Shown one piece after another: positions 1 through 9,971 of a stretch of DNA of 64,000 bases. Source of the DNA: Candidatus Latescibacterota bacterium. Lineage in GTDB: Bacteria > Latescibacterota > UBA2968 > GCA-2709665. The notes below the pieces were generated by a model that was given only the letters and a program-made list of their open reading frames with translations, had not been told where the DNA came from and did not search any database. The position numbers and the translations under genes are program-made. The stretch is from NCBI GenBank assembly GCA_965219455.1, contig OZ244744.1, forward strand, positions 1,856,001-1,920,000, given 5' to 3'. How positions within the stretch are numbered: the first letter of the stretch is position 1; each line of letters opens with the position of its first letter.

Positions 1-122
1 CAGACGATTTCAGCGCCCTCATCGACGGCCTTCCTCGTGAGGGCGTCGATCCGGGAAAGGTTGTAGCGTTTGTCGGCGTCCCGCGCTTCGAACTGGGCAG
101 CGCCGATTCTGATGTCGCGCAT
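1..122 (-). CDS. Carbon-nitrogen hydrolase (nitrilase family), N-terminal part; runs off window edge
   Basis: Manual translation from ATG at 122 gives MRDIRIGAAQFEARDADKRYNLSRIDALTRKAVDEGAEIV, a typical CN-hydrolase N-terminus; GGAGG RBS upstream. Confidence 0.7.
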   Translation of the reverse strand, partial: MRDIRIGAAQFEARDADKRYNLSRIDALTRKAVDEGAEIV

Positions 123-213
123 GGAATTTCGATCCTCCGGTCGGGTGCCCGTCTGAATTCGAAATGACGGACTCGGCCTCTCCGGCAACTACACGTGGAT
201 ACGGGAAAGGGCC

Positions 214-1155
214 TCAGGCCGTTCCGTCCAGCAGCCCCTTCATATAGCCGATGGCGTAGAGCCTGCCCATCAGGGTGTAGCCGGGCGGGTCGTTCGCTTC
301 GCCGGACAGGACCGGCACGTGGTCGGGACGAATGGGCCCGGTGAAACCGATGTCTTTGTACGCCCGGATGCACTCGGCCATGTCGGTATCGCCCTCGTCG
401 TGAAAGGTCTCCTCGAAGCTGGGCACCACGCCTCTCACGTCGCGGAAGTGGGAAAAATGGATCTTGTCCGCAAACCGGCGGATGGCGCCCGGCACGTCCG
501 CGCCCATCGCGGCGAAGTTGCCCTGGCAGAACGTAATCCCGTTATAGTCGCTGGGAACCATGTCGACCACGCGTTGGAACGCGTCTACGCTGGTGATGAT
601 GCGGCCGATTCCCCGCACGGGCGAAAGGGGCGGATCGTCAGGGTGCAGCGCCTGCTTGACGCCGGCCTCCTCGGCCACGGGGATGACCCGTTCGAGAAAG
701 TACTCCAGGGTCTCCCAGAGCAGCGTTTCGCTCACTTCCCCGCATTCCGTAAGGGGCGCGTCCTCCATCAGCGTGTGATCGTAGCTGCTCACAAATGCAT
801 TGCCCCGGCCGCGCGTGGTGAAGGAGGTGCGCATCCAGTTGAACACGGCCATCCAGTTCCAGCACATGATGCCGATACCGGCTGCGCCCAGGTTGCGGAT
901 GGTCTGGCAGTAGGCGTCGATGTCCTCGTCCCGGCCTTCCAGACCCAGTGTGATACGGTCTGAGATGGGTAAGGACTCCACGACGGACCACGTTAGACCC
1001 GCGTCGGCGATGCGTTCCTTGTGATGGACGATGGCATCGAAATCCCAGATCGGACCGCCGTTGGGCAGTGTCGTCACCAGGTCCGTCACGCCGATCTGAC
1101 GGGCGAGGGCCATCCGTTCTTCGTCAAGGGGATTCAGTACGAGTGCGAATTTCAT
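214..1155 (-). CDS. uxuA: Mannonate dehydratase
   Basis: Motifs VVESLP, CWNWM, ALHPDDPP, HFSHFRDV, IRPDHVP, GRLYAIGY typical of UxuA. Confidence 0.9.
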   Translation of the reverse strand: MKFALVLNPLDEERMALARQIGVTDLVTTLPNGGPIWDFDAIVHHKERIADAGLTWSVVESLPISDRITLGLEGRDEDIDAYCQTIRNLGAAGIGIMCWNWMAVFNWMRTSFTTRGRGNAFVSSYDHTLMEDAPLTECGEVSETLLWETLEYFLERVIPVAEEAGVKQALHPDDPPLSPVRGIGRIITSVDAFQRVVDMVPSDYNGITFCQGNFAAMGADVPGAIRRFADKIHFSHFRDVRGVVPSFEETFHDEGDTDMAECIRAYKDIGFTGPIRPDHVPVLSGEANDPPGYTLMGRLYAIGYMKGLLDGTA

Positions 1156-1748
1156 GGGATAATTCTCCGAAATCGGGTGTATGGAAGATATAATGCCCCG
1201 TCGATGTGGCGGGGGTTCAAAGGACCTTCAATTTATGCGATCACGGATTCGTGCGCAAATCGAAAGACGCCGTGAATAATGCACACCACGAATTCGTGCC
1301 AACTCAGCTTTACGACAATTCCACGAATAATTCGGCGTAGAAGAAGTAGCCTAGGTGGCGACGCTACCGGCAAGTTATCAGTTGCGCGAACGGCGAAAAC
1401 AAGCAATTTAGGGGCAACGACAGACATATACACGCCGTCTTCCCGGGAGATATTGCCTTTGTTTAATTCAACAAGACCGGTTTGGTCCCGGAATCGTCAA
1501 AGTTCGAATTCATTGCAATTGCCATTCTTGAACATCCGTGGATTTCTGCGCCACGTCGAACAATGGACTACATTACAACTTGGGTACAATTTTGGGTACG
1601 TACAGCGCAATGCGTTTGGTAAATACAAATGATGCCTCAACCTAAAATGGGATTCAAGGCGTGAGGCATCAGGTATGATAAATTGTACAACTATGCTTCT
1701 GTCGTAGAACGATTTGGTCTGCGAGCAAATAAACGGATAGGGCTCTTT

Positions 1749-2144
1749 TCAGTCTGGATCGATCACGAATCCTTCGCTCCACCGTGCGATACGCTGCAAA
1801 GTTATCCGGATCTTCGGCTGAATTCCGCAAATCGCACTGTGTGCGCGATTGTGTTCAGAGGGAACGTGACACACTTTGTGACGTTCTCTTCGTACATCTG
1901 CTACTTTGAATACAACAATACCGTTGTCATCGGGAATCTTCGCTCGTTTCTGCGACTGTTGGGGAGTTGAATATTTCGACCAATCTACAGACAGATAGCT
2001 ACCTACGAAGCTGAACAACCCGACGGGGAACTTGTGCGCTTTGTTTACCCTTTTTGATTTTCTAATCTCGTAGTATTTCTTCTTGTTTACGCGGTAAAAT
2101 AGCAAGTCAGAATTCGGTATGCATTCAATGTCCCACTTACGCAT
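1749..2144 (-). CDS. Hypothetical 131-aa basic protein, possible ADP-ribosyltransferase-like fold toxin
   Basis: Start reassigned to ATG 2144, which overlaps the stop of the upstream gene (ATGCGTAA); pattern LFYRV...LSVDW...HVP..NRAHS. Confidence 0.55.
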   Translation of the reverse strand: MRKWDIECIPNSDLLFYRVNKKKYYEIRKSKRVNKAHKFPVGLFSFVGSYLSVDWSKYSTPQQSQKRAKIPDDNGIVVFKVADVRRERHKVCHVPSEHNRAHSAICGIQPKIRITLQRIARWSEGFVIDPD

Positions 2145-2664
2145 CCAAACCCCCCATCCAGTGCGCGATCTCTTCTGGATCGGGTCTTTGTTCGCCCTGG
2201 ATAGATCTTTCTCCGTTACAGTTGTCTCCATAAAATGAAGATGAACCATCAGCATTAAAGACAATCAATAGTTCGAAATGAGGTGTTTGCCAATGAAGGT
2301 CAACACTTCCCCCGCTTGCTGGTAAAATCTCAACTTCCTTGGTGAGGCTTTCGCCATTGCCTTGAAAGGACAACTCATATACAAAATCGCTGGCGGCCTT
2401 AACGGTAATCTCATCGAAGACGGGAGAACCTTCACCATCCCAATCGGCTTCCAGATCAAATAGTCGTTGCATCGCATCCTCAACAATGGCAACGACATCG
2501 CCTGCATCGCCTGCTATGGACTCATCAACTCCCTCTTCGAATGCTGGATTATCTTGACTAATTTTCCATGGTTCGTCCACATGCAGAGAAAATGTAAAAC
2601 TCTCGTAAACGTCAGAGGTAGAGGCCACCAATGGACAACCTAAATCAGAGCGCGTCCTCACCAT
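2137..2664 (-). CDS. Hypothetical acidic protein (DWDGEG...ILPASGGSVDLHW type), possible antitoxin/immunity protein
   Basis: 175-aa ORF overlapping both neighbours; very acidic. Confidence 0.6.
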   Translation of the reverse strand: MVRTRSDLGCPLVASTSDVYESFTFSLHVDEPWKISQDNPAFEEGVDESIAGDAGDVVAIVEDAMQRLFDLEADWDGEGSPVFDEITVKAASDFVYELSFQGNGESLTKEVEILPASGGSVDLHWQTPHFELLIVFNADGSSSFYGDNCNGERSIQGEQRPDPEEIAHWMGGLDA

Positions 2665-2926
2665 TTTGGGAGTTTCCTTTTTTTAATCTATCTGGAGATC
2701 TAACAATTGCAATCACGGTTTGATGACTAACTGAATAAACCGGATTTCCTTTATCGTCCCATTGATCTAATATACGCAAAACCTCGACTGGAGAGGTCAT
2801 CAACTTAAACACTGTTCCGTCTTCAAGTCTTACCTGACTAAAACGTCCCGTTGTTTCAGCAATATCAACTACGACAGCCTTCGCGTCTTGTCCGCGATAT
2901 TTAACGTCTCTGTATTCCATTCGCAA
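2645..2926 (-). CDS. Small hypothetical beta-rich protein (LEDGT...DQWDDKGNPVY)
   Basis: 93-aa ORF, first gene of an overlapping three-gene unit. Confidence 0.6.
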   Translation of the reverse strand: MRMEYRDVKYRGQDAKAVVVDIAETTGRFSQVRLEDGTVFKLMTSPVEVLRILDQWDDKGNPVYSVSHQTVIAIVRSPDRLKKGNSQNGEDAL

Positions 2927-3476
2927 TACTCATCTATAGGAGGTAGATATCTTGCCAGAATTGCAGTGAGTCACCCACAATTATGCGGGCCTTCTTTCCG
3001 CAGATGTCTCCATTCAACGTTCGTTTTGGTGCCAACAAGGAAAATCGCTAAGGTGATGTCTTTAAAGCATTGCGAAATCCGTACGGACAGATCCTCCTGT
3101 CCCACCTGCACAAATTGGAACAGGTCGTACACATCTAAGATGCATCCGGGCCCTGTACATGACCGGAAAATTCGCAAGGCAAGCGTAAAAGGTACATCGG
3201 CTGGAGATTGCGCGTCAGAAAATGGTATTGGTAGGTTATGGCCTGATTAAAGAAGTCGAATTAGTGGGAACTGGATTTGAGAGACAGACCATATGAAGTG
3301 TATGGGGATTACACGCTCATATCTCCAGTATATCAGGCCTCGCTAGGGCAGGATAGACAAAACACTGGCTCGCAAATATAGCCGAATCTTGAAATTTGTC
3401 AACGATTTTAAATTTGCAACGACTTCAGCAACGTCGGTTTTGTTTGCTCTTGAATGCAACTCTCAAGATTTCCACT

Positions 3477-6400
3477 TCAGTTGGTTATGGTAGACCGCCC
3501 CCTCTGTCCGAGACCGGGACTGACGGCGCTCACCTCGCCGCCCTCCGTCCCCACCAGCAGACCGGACACCCCGTGCAGCGCCAGGGGGGTCAATACGGTC
3601 ACGCCCGCTTCCATGCGGTGGCTGCCGATAACCTCCCCCTCGAGGGAAACGAAAACGATCCATCCTTCCGAAGTTCCGGCGACGATCATCTCCTCGCCTG
3701 CGGCCTCAAGAAGGACGAGTCCGGTCACCCCTCCGTCGAGGTCCCGGCGCCAGCGTTTCTCTCCGCTGCCGCTCAACAGCGCCACGTGCCCGCTCACGCT
3801 CCCGGCCGCGAACCCGTTCCCACCCACCACCACGCCGTGCCGGACGTCGTCCCCCAGGTTGGCCGTCCAGAGGATCTCTCCGGAGATCGAATCCACCGCG
3901 TAGACATTCCCGTCCATGGCGCCGTAGAGTGATTCCTTCACCCCGTCACCGTTCAGATCCGCGAGCGCGAGCGCCGAAAAACATGGGCCTCCCTGAACCG
4001 TCCATCGGATCCTCCCATCGGCTTCCAGCAGATTGGAGGTGTAATATTCAGCGCCCACCAGGATCTCATGCTTTCCATCTCCCTCCACGTCTCCAACCAC
4101 CAGCGTCCGCGCCGCGTGGTGTTCGATCTGCCGCTGCCAGACCTCCTCTCCATCCGGACGCAACGCCCATACCAGCCACCCATCGGTAGCTGTAAGGATC
4201 AGCTTGTTTCCATCTCCGGTCAGGTCCGCCGTCGTCACGGCGTTCACATTCTGATCCACCCCGTGCGACTCCGAAAACGCCCGCCTCCAGCAAACGCCTC
4301 CGTTCGCATCGTACAGCGTCAGCGCACGGTCCCGTCCGCCGGCCAGAAGCCCTCCCTCCTCCAGATCCGTGAGATGCACGGCGCGCACTTCCGCGCCGGT
4401 CTCGCGACTCCACCGGGTCTGCCCATCACGGTCCAGCAGAAGTACCTGCCCCCCGTCCGTGCCGACAGCGGTCGATTCACCCCTCACGTCGGCGCATCGG
4501 ACCGGGCCCTCGACCTGCGCCTCCCAGAGTCGCCCGGGCGGCGTTGTATCCTTCGGCGCAAATCCATGAACTCGCGGCGCTCTCCGATGCACGTAGGGTG
4601 TGCCGTCCCGAAGCGCCTCGCGCAGAACATCTGAAAATCCGTTTTCCAGGGTGAATTGGTGCGTTCCAGCCGAAAGACTCTCCGGTGCGGGGTCTTCCTC
4701 CCCGCCAAAACAAACGCCCTCCGTCCGAACAGAGGTCTCCTCGCTTACCCGGACCTCCCCCCGTCCCTCACCCGGATACAGGACCAGATGTACCGGTGCA
4801 TCGCTCTCAAACACGGCTTCATTCGCGTACAGACCCGTCCCATTGAGCAACACGATTGACGATTCGGACAATGCGAAGGCCTCCGCTGCAATCCGGAACC
4901 GGCCAACGTGCGCCTCGCCGCGCGGGACACCGAAGACCCGCGGACCATCAGGGTGCTCCACCTTCACCGTGCCCTCGCCGATCCGTTCGATTCGCCACGC
5001 ATCGATCTCCGCCTGCGACCCCGCCACCATCAGGTTGAAATACCGCTCTACGTCTCCGGGCTGACCATGCAGCGCCTTGTGCTGATTGAAAATCCGGATC
5101 GGACCGTCTGCGTACGCATACGATTCGTACGGGTCGGTTCCCGCAACACGGGCTTCCTCCGTCACGAGGGACTTTTCCGAATCATCCGAATTCAGAATCC
5201 GGAAGTACACTCCCTCCTGTTCGACGGTCAGTTCGCGACCTTCCTGCCGAATCTCCCCCAGCGTCCGCCACAGGCACCTGAGATCGTAATCCGCGTCGTG
5301 CAGCAGCCTGAGCGAGTCCGCAACCAGAAAGAACCCGCCCTTCACCCAGAAAATATCCCGCGTCCAGTCCAACCCGTTGTATTCCGGCAACACCGTTCTT
5401 GTGAACGCGGTCCTTCCGAATTCTTCCGCCCATTTCAGCGCCACCAGCGGCGGCGATTCCACAGTTTCACCGCCGCAGATCGACACGACCGAACAATGGT
5501 GCCGGGGACGTTTCCAGATATAATCCAATTCCGCCAGCCACATCCGCCCCTTCCACGTCAGCCGTTCGATCGAGTTTCCGTCCTCGTGTCCGTGCGCGAA
5601 CGTCGATGTCCCGTCCAGCAGGAGATATTCGTCCTCTCCGTCGAACCCGCCCCGCAGGACCAATTTGTCGAACGCTTCTTCGATCGGCACGTTCGCTCCG
5701 CCCTGCGCGTGCCGCTCCACCCATTCGTAGAGCGACCGGTTGAACGGCGCGATCGCGATCCCGGCCAACCGGTCGGGCGCCCGCTTTGGTAGCGCCCGGT
5801 AATAACAGCCCGGATACGGCGCGCCGCCCATCCAGTCCAGCGCCCACAGATAGCCCCCGTCCTCATAGTACCAGGCCGCTGTACAAAGGGCCATAGCGAA
5901 CTCGAGCGAGATGGTTTTGTTCTTGAGCGCCACCGCGTACCGGCCGGGCTCGACGTAGGACCACGCATCCCCGAAGCTCACCGGCACACCCAGATTGTCC
6001 GTAACCAGAATCCCGTAATCCGCAAAGGCCCGGAGTTGGCCGTTCGCCAGGAAACGGAAATCGTCCCGCTTGAGATCGTAAATCACCTGGTGGTAGGGCG
6101 CCAGCCAGCAGTACCCCCACCACCCGCCGCCCGCATCGTCGTTCGGCTTGTAGCTCTCCGCCTGCCCGTCGAAGACCGCCTGGGAGAACCGGATCTGCTT
6201 TTCGAATCCCGTGATCCCGTAATACGCCTCGAAATACCGTGCGCAGAACGACCCGCTCAACCCCGCAAACGTCCAGTGGTTCTGCCGGATTTCCAGTGGC
6301 GGGGGCGCTTCGCCCTTGAAATAGTGTGTGCCCGCAACGTAATTTGCCAGTCCCCACAGGACGTTTGTGATCCGGAGGCGCTCCGCATCCGAAAACGCGT

Positions 6401-7154
6401 CGCTCTCCTCGATCAGGTCCCACACCATAAACAGCCGCCACGCCCAGGAATAAATGAACAGCATATGCTCAAACAGCCAGTTCCCGCCGTAGCGGTTCCT
6501 CACCAGGTCCTCGTAGTAAAAGAGGGCGTCACGGAACATCCGCGCGCAGCCGGGATCGTGCGTCAGGTGGTGGACCAGACCCAGGAAAGCCCCCTGCTCG
6601 ACCGGGTAGTAGCTGAGGTTGTCCCGATACATCTCCTCCACCCACTCCCGGAACGCCTCGGGCGTCATCTCCGGCAGCAGCGTTTCGTGAACCTCCGACC
6701 GGGAAAGATTCGTATACCCCAGACACCCTTCCGTCTCGCCCAGAACCCCTTCCAGCGCCTCAAGCGCCGCAGCCGCGCCCTCCACCCGGCTCGCGCCGAC
6801 CAGCAGCACGTTGCTGCCGCAATTCTCAGGATTGTGCACCGTCCGGATCACATACCCATCGCCGCCAGGATAAAACTCGTCCACATACGCGTATTGCCGC
6901 CGGTACAGCGCCATGATCGATTCGTTGATCATCGCATTGCCCAGCAGCACGCGGTGCCGGCCCGCCGGCAGTGGCGACAAGTCCGCCGGATCCACTACCG
7001 GCAGCACCACACCCGCATGCGCCCGGATCATCTCCCGATGCCGACGGCCAAAGGGCGCCCAGGCCGGGTCCGCCGGCGCCACGATCTCCGCCCCCTCCCT
7101 GAGATCCGTGGCCAGGTGCATCTTCTTCAACCTCTCAAACCGTTCCTCGGCCAT
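3477..7154 (-). CDS. Polysaccharide lyase/heparinase II-III-like protein with C-terminal PQQ/FG-GAP beta-propeller (paralog A1)
   Basis: RQNH and HGHED motifs; DLTGDG/DVEGDG/DLNGDG FG-GAP repeats; W-periodic propeller blades. Confidence 0.75.
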   Translation of the reverse strand: MAEERFERLKKMHLATDLREGAEIVAPADPAWAPFGRRHREMIRAHAGVVLPVVDPADLSPLPAGRHRVLLGNAMINESIMALYRRQYAYVDEFYPGGDGYVIRTVHNPENCGSNVLLVGASRVEGAAAALEALEGVLGETEGCLGYTNLSRSEVHETLLPEMTPEAFREWVEEMYRDNLSYYPVEQGAFLGLVHHLTHDPGCARMFRDALFYYEDLVRNRYGGNWLFEHMLFIYSWAWRLFMVWDLIEESDAFSDAERLRITNVLWGLANYVAGTHYFKGEAPPPLEIRQNHWTFAGLSGSFCARYFEAYYGITGFEKQIRFSQAVFDGQAESYKPNDDAGGGWWGYCWLAPYHQVIYDLKRDDFRFLANGQLRAFADYGILVTDNLGVPVSFGDAWSYVEPGRYAVALKNKTISLEFAMALCTAAWYYEDGGYLWALDWMGGAPYPGCYYRALPKRAPDRLAGIAIAPFNRSLYEWVERHAQGGANVPIEEAFDKLVLRGGFDGEDEYLLLDGTSTFAHGHEDGNSIERLTWKGRMWLAELDYIWKRPRHHCSVVSICGGETVESPPLVALKWAEEFGRTAFTRTVLPEYNGLDWTRDIFWVKGGFFLVADSLRLLHDADYDLRCLWRTLGEIRQEGRELTVEQEGVYFRILNSDDSEKSLVTEEARVAGTDPYESYAYADGPIRIFNQHKALHGQPGDVERYFNLMVAGSQAEIDAWRIERIGEGTVKVEHPDGPRVFGVPRGEAHVGRFRIAAEAFALSESSIVLLNGTGLYANEAVFESDAPVHLVLYPGEGRGEVRVSEETSVRTEGVCFGGEEDPAPESLSAGTHQFTLENGFSDVLREALRDGTPYVHRRAPRVHGFAPKDTTPPGRLWEAQVEGPVRCADVRGESTAVGTDGGQVLLLDRDGQTRWSRETGAEVRAVHLTDLEEGGLLAGGRDRALTLYDANGGVCWRRAFSESHGVDQNVNAVTTADLTGDGNKLILTATDGWLVWALRPDGEEVWQRQIEHHAARTLVVGDVEGDGKHEILVGAEYYTSNLLEADGRIRWTVQGGPCFSALALADLNGDGVKESLYGAMDGNVYAVDSISGEILWTANLGDDVRHGVVVGGNGFAAGSVSGHVALLSGSGEKRWRRDLDGGVTGLVLLEAAGEEMIVAGTSEGWIVFVSLEGEVIGSHRMEAGVTVLTPLALHGVSGLLVGTEGGEVSAVSPGLGQRGRSTITN

Positions 7155-7217
7155 CGCGTGTCCCTTCCGGAACCCCTCAGGTCCCGAGCCCGTTCAAAGC
7201 CCTGTTCTATCCATTGC

Positions 7218-9971
7218 TTATTCCACCGGCACCTTAACCCGGACGCTCACCGCATCGTCCGACGTGAAGAGGCGTCTCCCCTCCCACTCGACAAACGTCC
7301 CGCCGTGTATTACAACCGACCCGCCGCCGTCCTTTCCCCTCCGAACCAGACAGGCGTAGGCGTCAGTGGTCAAGCCACCCGCGGTTACCGATTCATCTCC
7401 TGTCCTGAAGACCGCCAGCGCGGTCTCCTCCCGGCCGCTCACTCGCATGCCGATCCCGCCCTGTCCAATCACCCGCTCCGCCGAAACCGGCTCACCGGAA
7501 TCCGCCCGCATCGGCTGAAGCAGGTGGAGGTAGTGTACCCGTTGCACCGGCCCAGGCGCCGGAAACCGTAGATAGGGCAGCCGGTCCGACTCCCGGGGCG
7601 CGGGCGTGGAGTCGATCCTCACCGTCGACGCCTCGGGCCAGAGGTGCGTTACGTGCACCATTGCCGAGCGTCCCTCGATCCGGAACGCGTCGCCTGCGCC
7701 TGTCACCTTCCCGCACGGGCTCAGCAGTCGCCACTCGACCTTTCGGGGCGCCCCGCCCGCGGTCTCGATCTCATCGAACAGCACCAGGTAGCGAAGGTCC
7801 GGATCGCCGAGCGGCTTCAAAAACATCAGATGGCGCCGGTAGGTCTCCAGCATGGGCCGGTACGCGCGCGCCGCCTCCCCTCGTACGTAATCGTAGTCCG
7901 CGGAGAAAAAGGTTTCCTCGATCCGGCCGCTCTTCGCCACCTCCTCTCCCCCCAGCCATTGCTGGTCGTACTCACGCGGAACCGGGCTTTCCTCGTGCAC
8001 CGTCGGCTGTCCCCGTCCATCCACCAGGATGGTGTTACGCCCCGGCGTGCCCTCGTACCAGGCCGTCAGATCGTACTGCGCCTGGGTCAGGACCGCCTCT
8101 CCCGTCTTCGGCGTCCGCAAAGGCGTCAACAACGCCTCCCCGAACGCCCTGAGCGTAAACGCATTCTTATCCCCCTGCTCCTTACTCACTTCCGGCCCGG
8201 ACGTGAACGTGACGTGCACACCCTCCGGGCGGAGCGTATCGTGTAACTTCACCAGCCCCAGGTCCCGGAAGTGGAACCCTGTCACATCCCTCTTCGGGGC
8301 CTCCGACGCCAGACTCTCGTCGTGGAACAGGAACTCCCAGGGCCCGTGGAAATAAAGCCCCTTCGCCGCGACAACGCCCAACGTATACGTTCCGTCCATC
8401 CCCTCAACCACCTTGGCGATCTCGTGCTCACCGGTAAACACAATGCCCCGCACGTGCCGCCCTCCGGACATCAGCATCATCGAGGCCCTTCCGGCGTCCG
8501 ATCGGTCCTTTCGCAGAGATGCCCGTACCTCACCGGCGCGCAGGCGGTCAAACCTGAGGGCCGTCTCCGCTCCCTCACCCGCCAGCGCCACCGGTCCGTC
8601 CAGGCGGTTCACGACTTGGCCAGCCCCGTCCAGGACCTCCAAAGAGGCGAGCTCAACCCGATCGCCCTCAACGTGGAACGAAACCCGGTCGATCCCCTCC
8701 ACGCCGTCAATCCCCTGCCGATCCCGCAGGGCACCGTTCACCCGGACCTCCATCCGGCCGGCCTCCGCATCCCACCGAAGGGATACGGTGTATAGGGTCT
8801 TTGACTTATAAAGCACCTTGTCCCGGTTGTACCAGTACGCCGGATATCCCGCCATATCGGGGTCCAGATCGTACTTTAGAGCCAGCCATTGAAGCGCCGG
8901 GTCCCGCAGCTTCCGGGCGTGCACCAGCAGACCCGCCCGTTCGCTGTAATGCCCGCGAGACCGGTACATTTCCATGCCGAAAATCAGAAAGTGCGACAGC
9001 CGGCGCAGCGGCGCCATATCGAACAGATCCGGACCTCCGCTTAGGGCCAGCGCCTCCATGAACCGCCCGCCGTCGCTCAGGCAGACCCCCAGCCATCCCC
9101 GTCCCTCCATCCGCTCCCCGTCCCGCCCGTAGGCCGCCGGCAGCAGGTATTCCCGCGTCAGCACCAGTCCCATATCCAGCCAGTCCCGCGCCTCTTCGAC
9201 CTCGTAGAGCAGCCCCAGCCCGGCCAGACCCTCCAGCGGTATGCTCCGCCACCGATGGTTATTCGCGAGCCCCCCGCGCCGCGCCACCGGGTCCTGTGTC
9301 AGCCAGTACGCGTCCTTCTCACACAGCTTCCGCCCCTTCTCGCGCAGGCCCGAAAGCAGCCGCTCCCGCTCCGCATCGGAGAATTGTTCCGGAATCCAAT
9401 CGTAGACAATCACCGCCCCCGACAGAATCATGGCCGCCTCCATATCCCATGGGTCGGCCGCCGGCCCCCAGTTCTCCCAGCCCGCAAACGCCAGCGCCCA
9501 CGCCTTTGCCCGCTCCGCAAAGACCTCCTCCTCCGTCAGCAGGTAGGCAAACGCATACAGCGGACCATAGTATTGCATCGCGTACGCGTAGGACAGAAAA
9601 TCGTAGGTCGCCTTCAGAAACGACCCATCGTAGCTGCCATCGGGCAACCGGCTCTCGGCCGCCCCTGCCAGGGGTTCCGCCGGGATCGGATTTTCCAGCG
9701 TCAGCCGGGCCGCGCGAACGATCCCCTCCGCGCACGACCGATACGGTTCCCGCCCGGCCATCTCGCGCAGACGGGGTACATCTTCGGCCGCAAAGAAAAG
9801 GTAGGGATGGGCGCGTTCGGCCTTCAACAGCGCCTCGCTGATCCCCCGGTCTCCCAGCAATTCCCGAATATTCACACGTTCACCCTCAGAATTCGATCCC
9901 CATGAAACCACCAATGCGGCGGCGAGGGCGCAGCCCCTCGACCATCCCGATTTCGAACCCGAACGCATCAT
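7218..9971 (-). CDS. Heparinase II/III-like (DUF4962-type alpha/alpha + beta-sandwich) polysaccharide lyase-like protein
   Basis: Start reassigned to ATG 9971 (ATGA overlap with upstream stop); HPYLFF, NNH, DGERMEG, NTILVDGRGQ, GEAARAY motifs; signal-like N-terminus. Confidence 0.75.
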   Translation of the reverse strand: MMRSGSKSGWSRGCALAAALVVSWGSNSEGERVNIRELLGDRGISEALLKAERAHPYLFFAAEDVPRLREMAGREPYRSCAEGIVRAARLTLENPIPAEPLAGAAESRLPDGSYDGSFLKATYDFLSYAYAMQYYGPLYAFAYLLTEEEVFAERAKAWALAFAGWENWGPAADPWDMEAAMILSGAVIVYDWIPEQFSDAERERLLSGLREKGRKLCEKDAYWLTQDPVARRGGLANNHRWRSIPLEGLAGLGLLYEVEEARDWLDMGLVLTREYLLPAAYGRDGERMEGRGWLGVCLSDGGRFMEALALSGGPDLFDMAPLRRLSHFLIFGMEMYRSRGHYSERAGLLVHARKLRDPALQWLALKYDLDPDMAGYPAYWYNRDKVLYKSKTLYTVSLRWDAEAGRMEVRVNGALRDRQGIDGVEGIDRVSFHVEGDRVELASLEVLDGAGQVVNRLDGPVALAGEGAETALRFDRLRAGEVRASLRKDRSDAGRASMMLMSGGRHVRGIVFTGEHEIAKVVEGMDGTYTLGVVAAKGLYFHGPWEFLFHDESLASEAPKRDVTGFHFRDLGLVKLHDTLRPEGVHVTFTSGPEVSKEQGDKNAFTLRAFGEALLTPLRTPKTGEAVLTQAQYDLTAWYEGTPGRNTILVDGRGQPTVHEESPVPREYDQQWLGGEEVAKSGRIEETFFSADYDYVRGEAARAYRPMLETYRRHLMFLKPLGDPDLRYLVLFDEIETAGGAPRKVEWRLLSPCGKVTGAGDAFRIEGRSAMVHVTHLWPEASTVRIDSTPAPRESDRLPYLRFPAPGPVQRVHYLHLLQPMRADSGEPVSAERVIGQGGIGMRVSGREETALAVFRTGDESVTAGGLTTDAYACLVRRGKDGGGSVVIHGGTFVEWEGRRLFTSDDAVSVRVKVPVE

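Noticed and set aside
2888-3400. Short ORFs in the AT-rich spacer
   Set aside because: They have no motifs or convincing RBS; the region is more likely promoter/intergenic DNA
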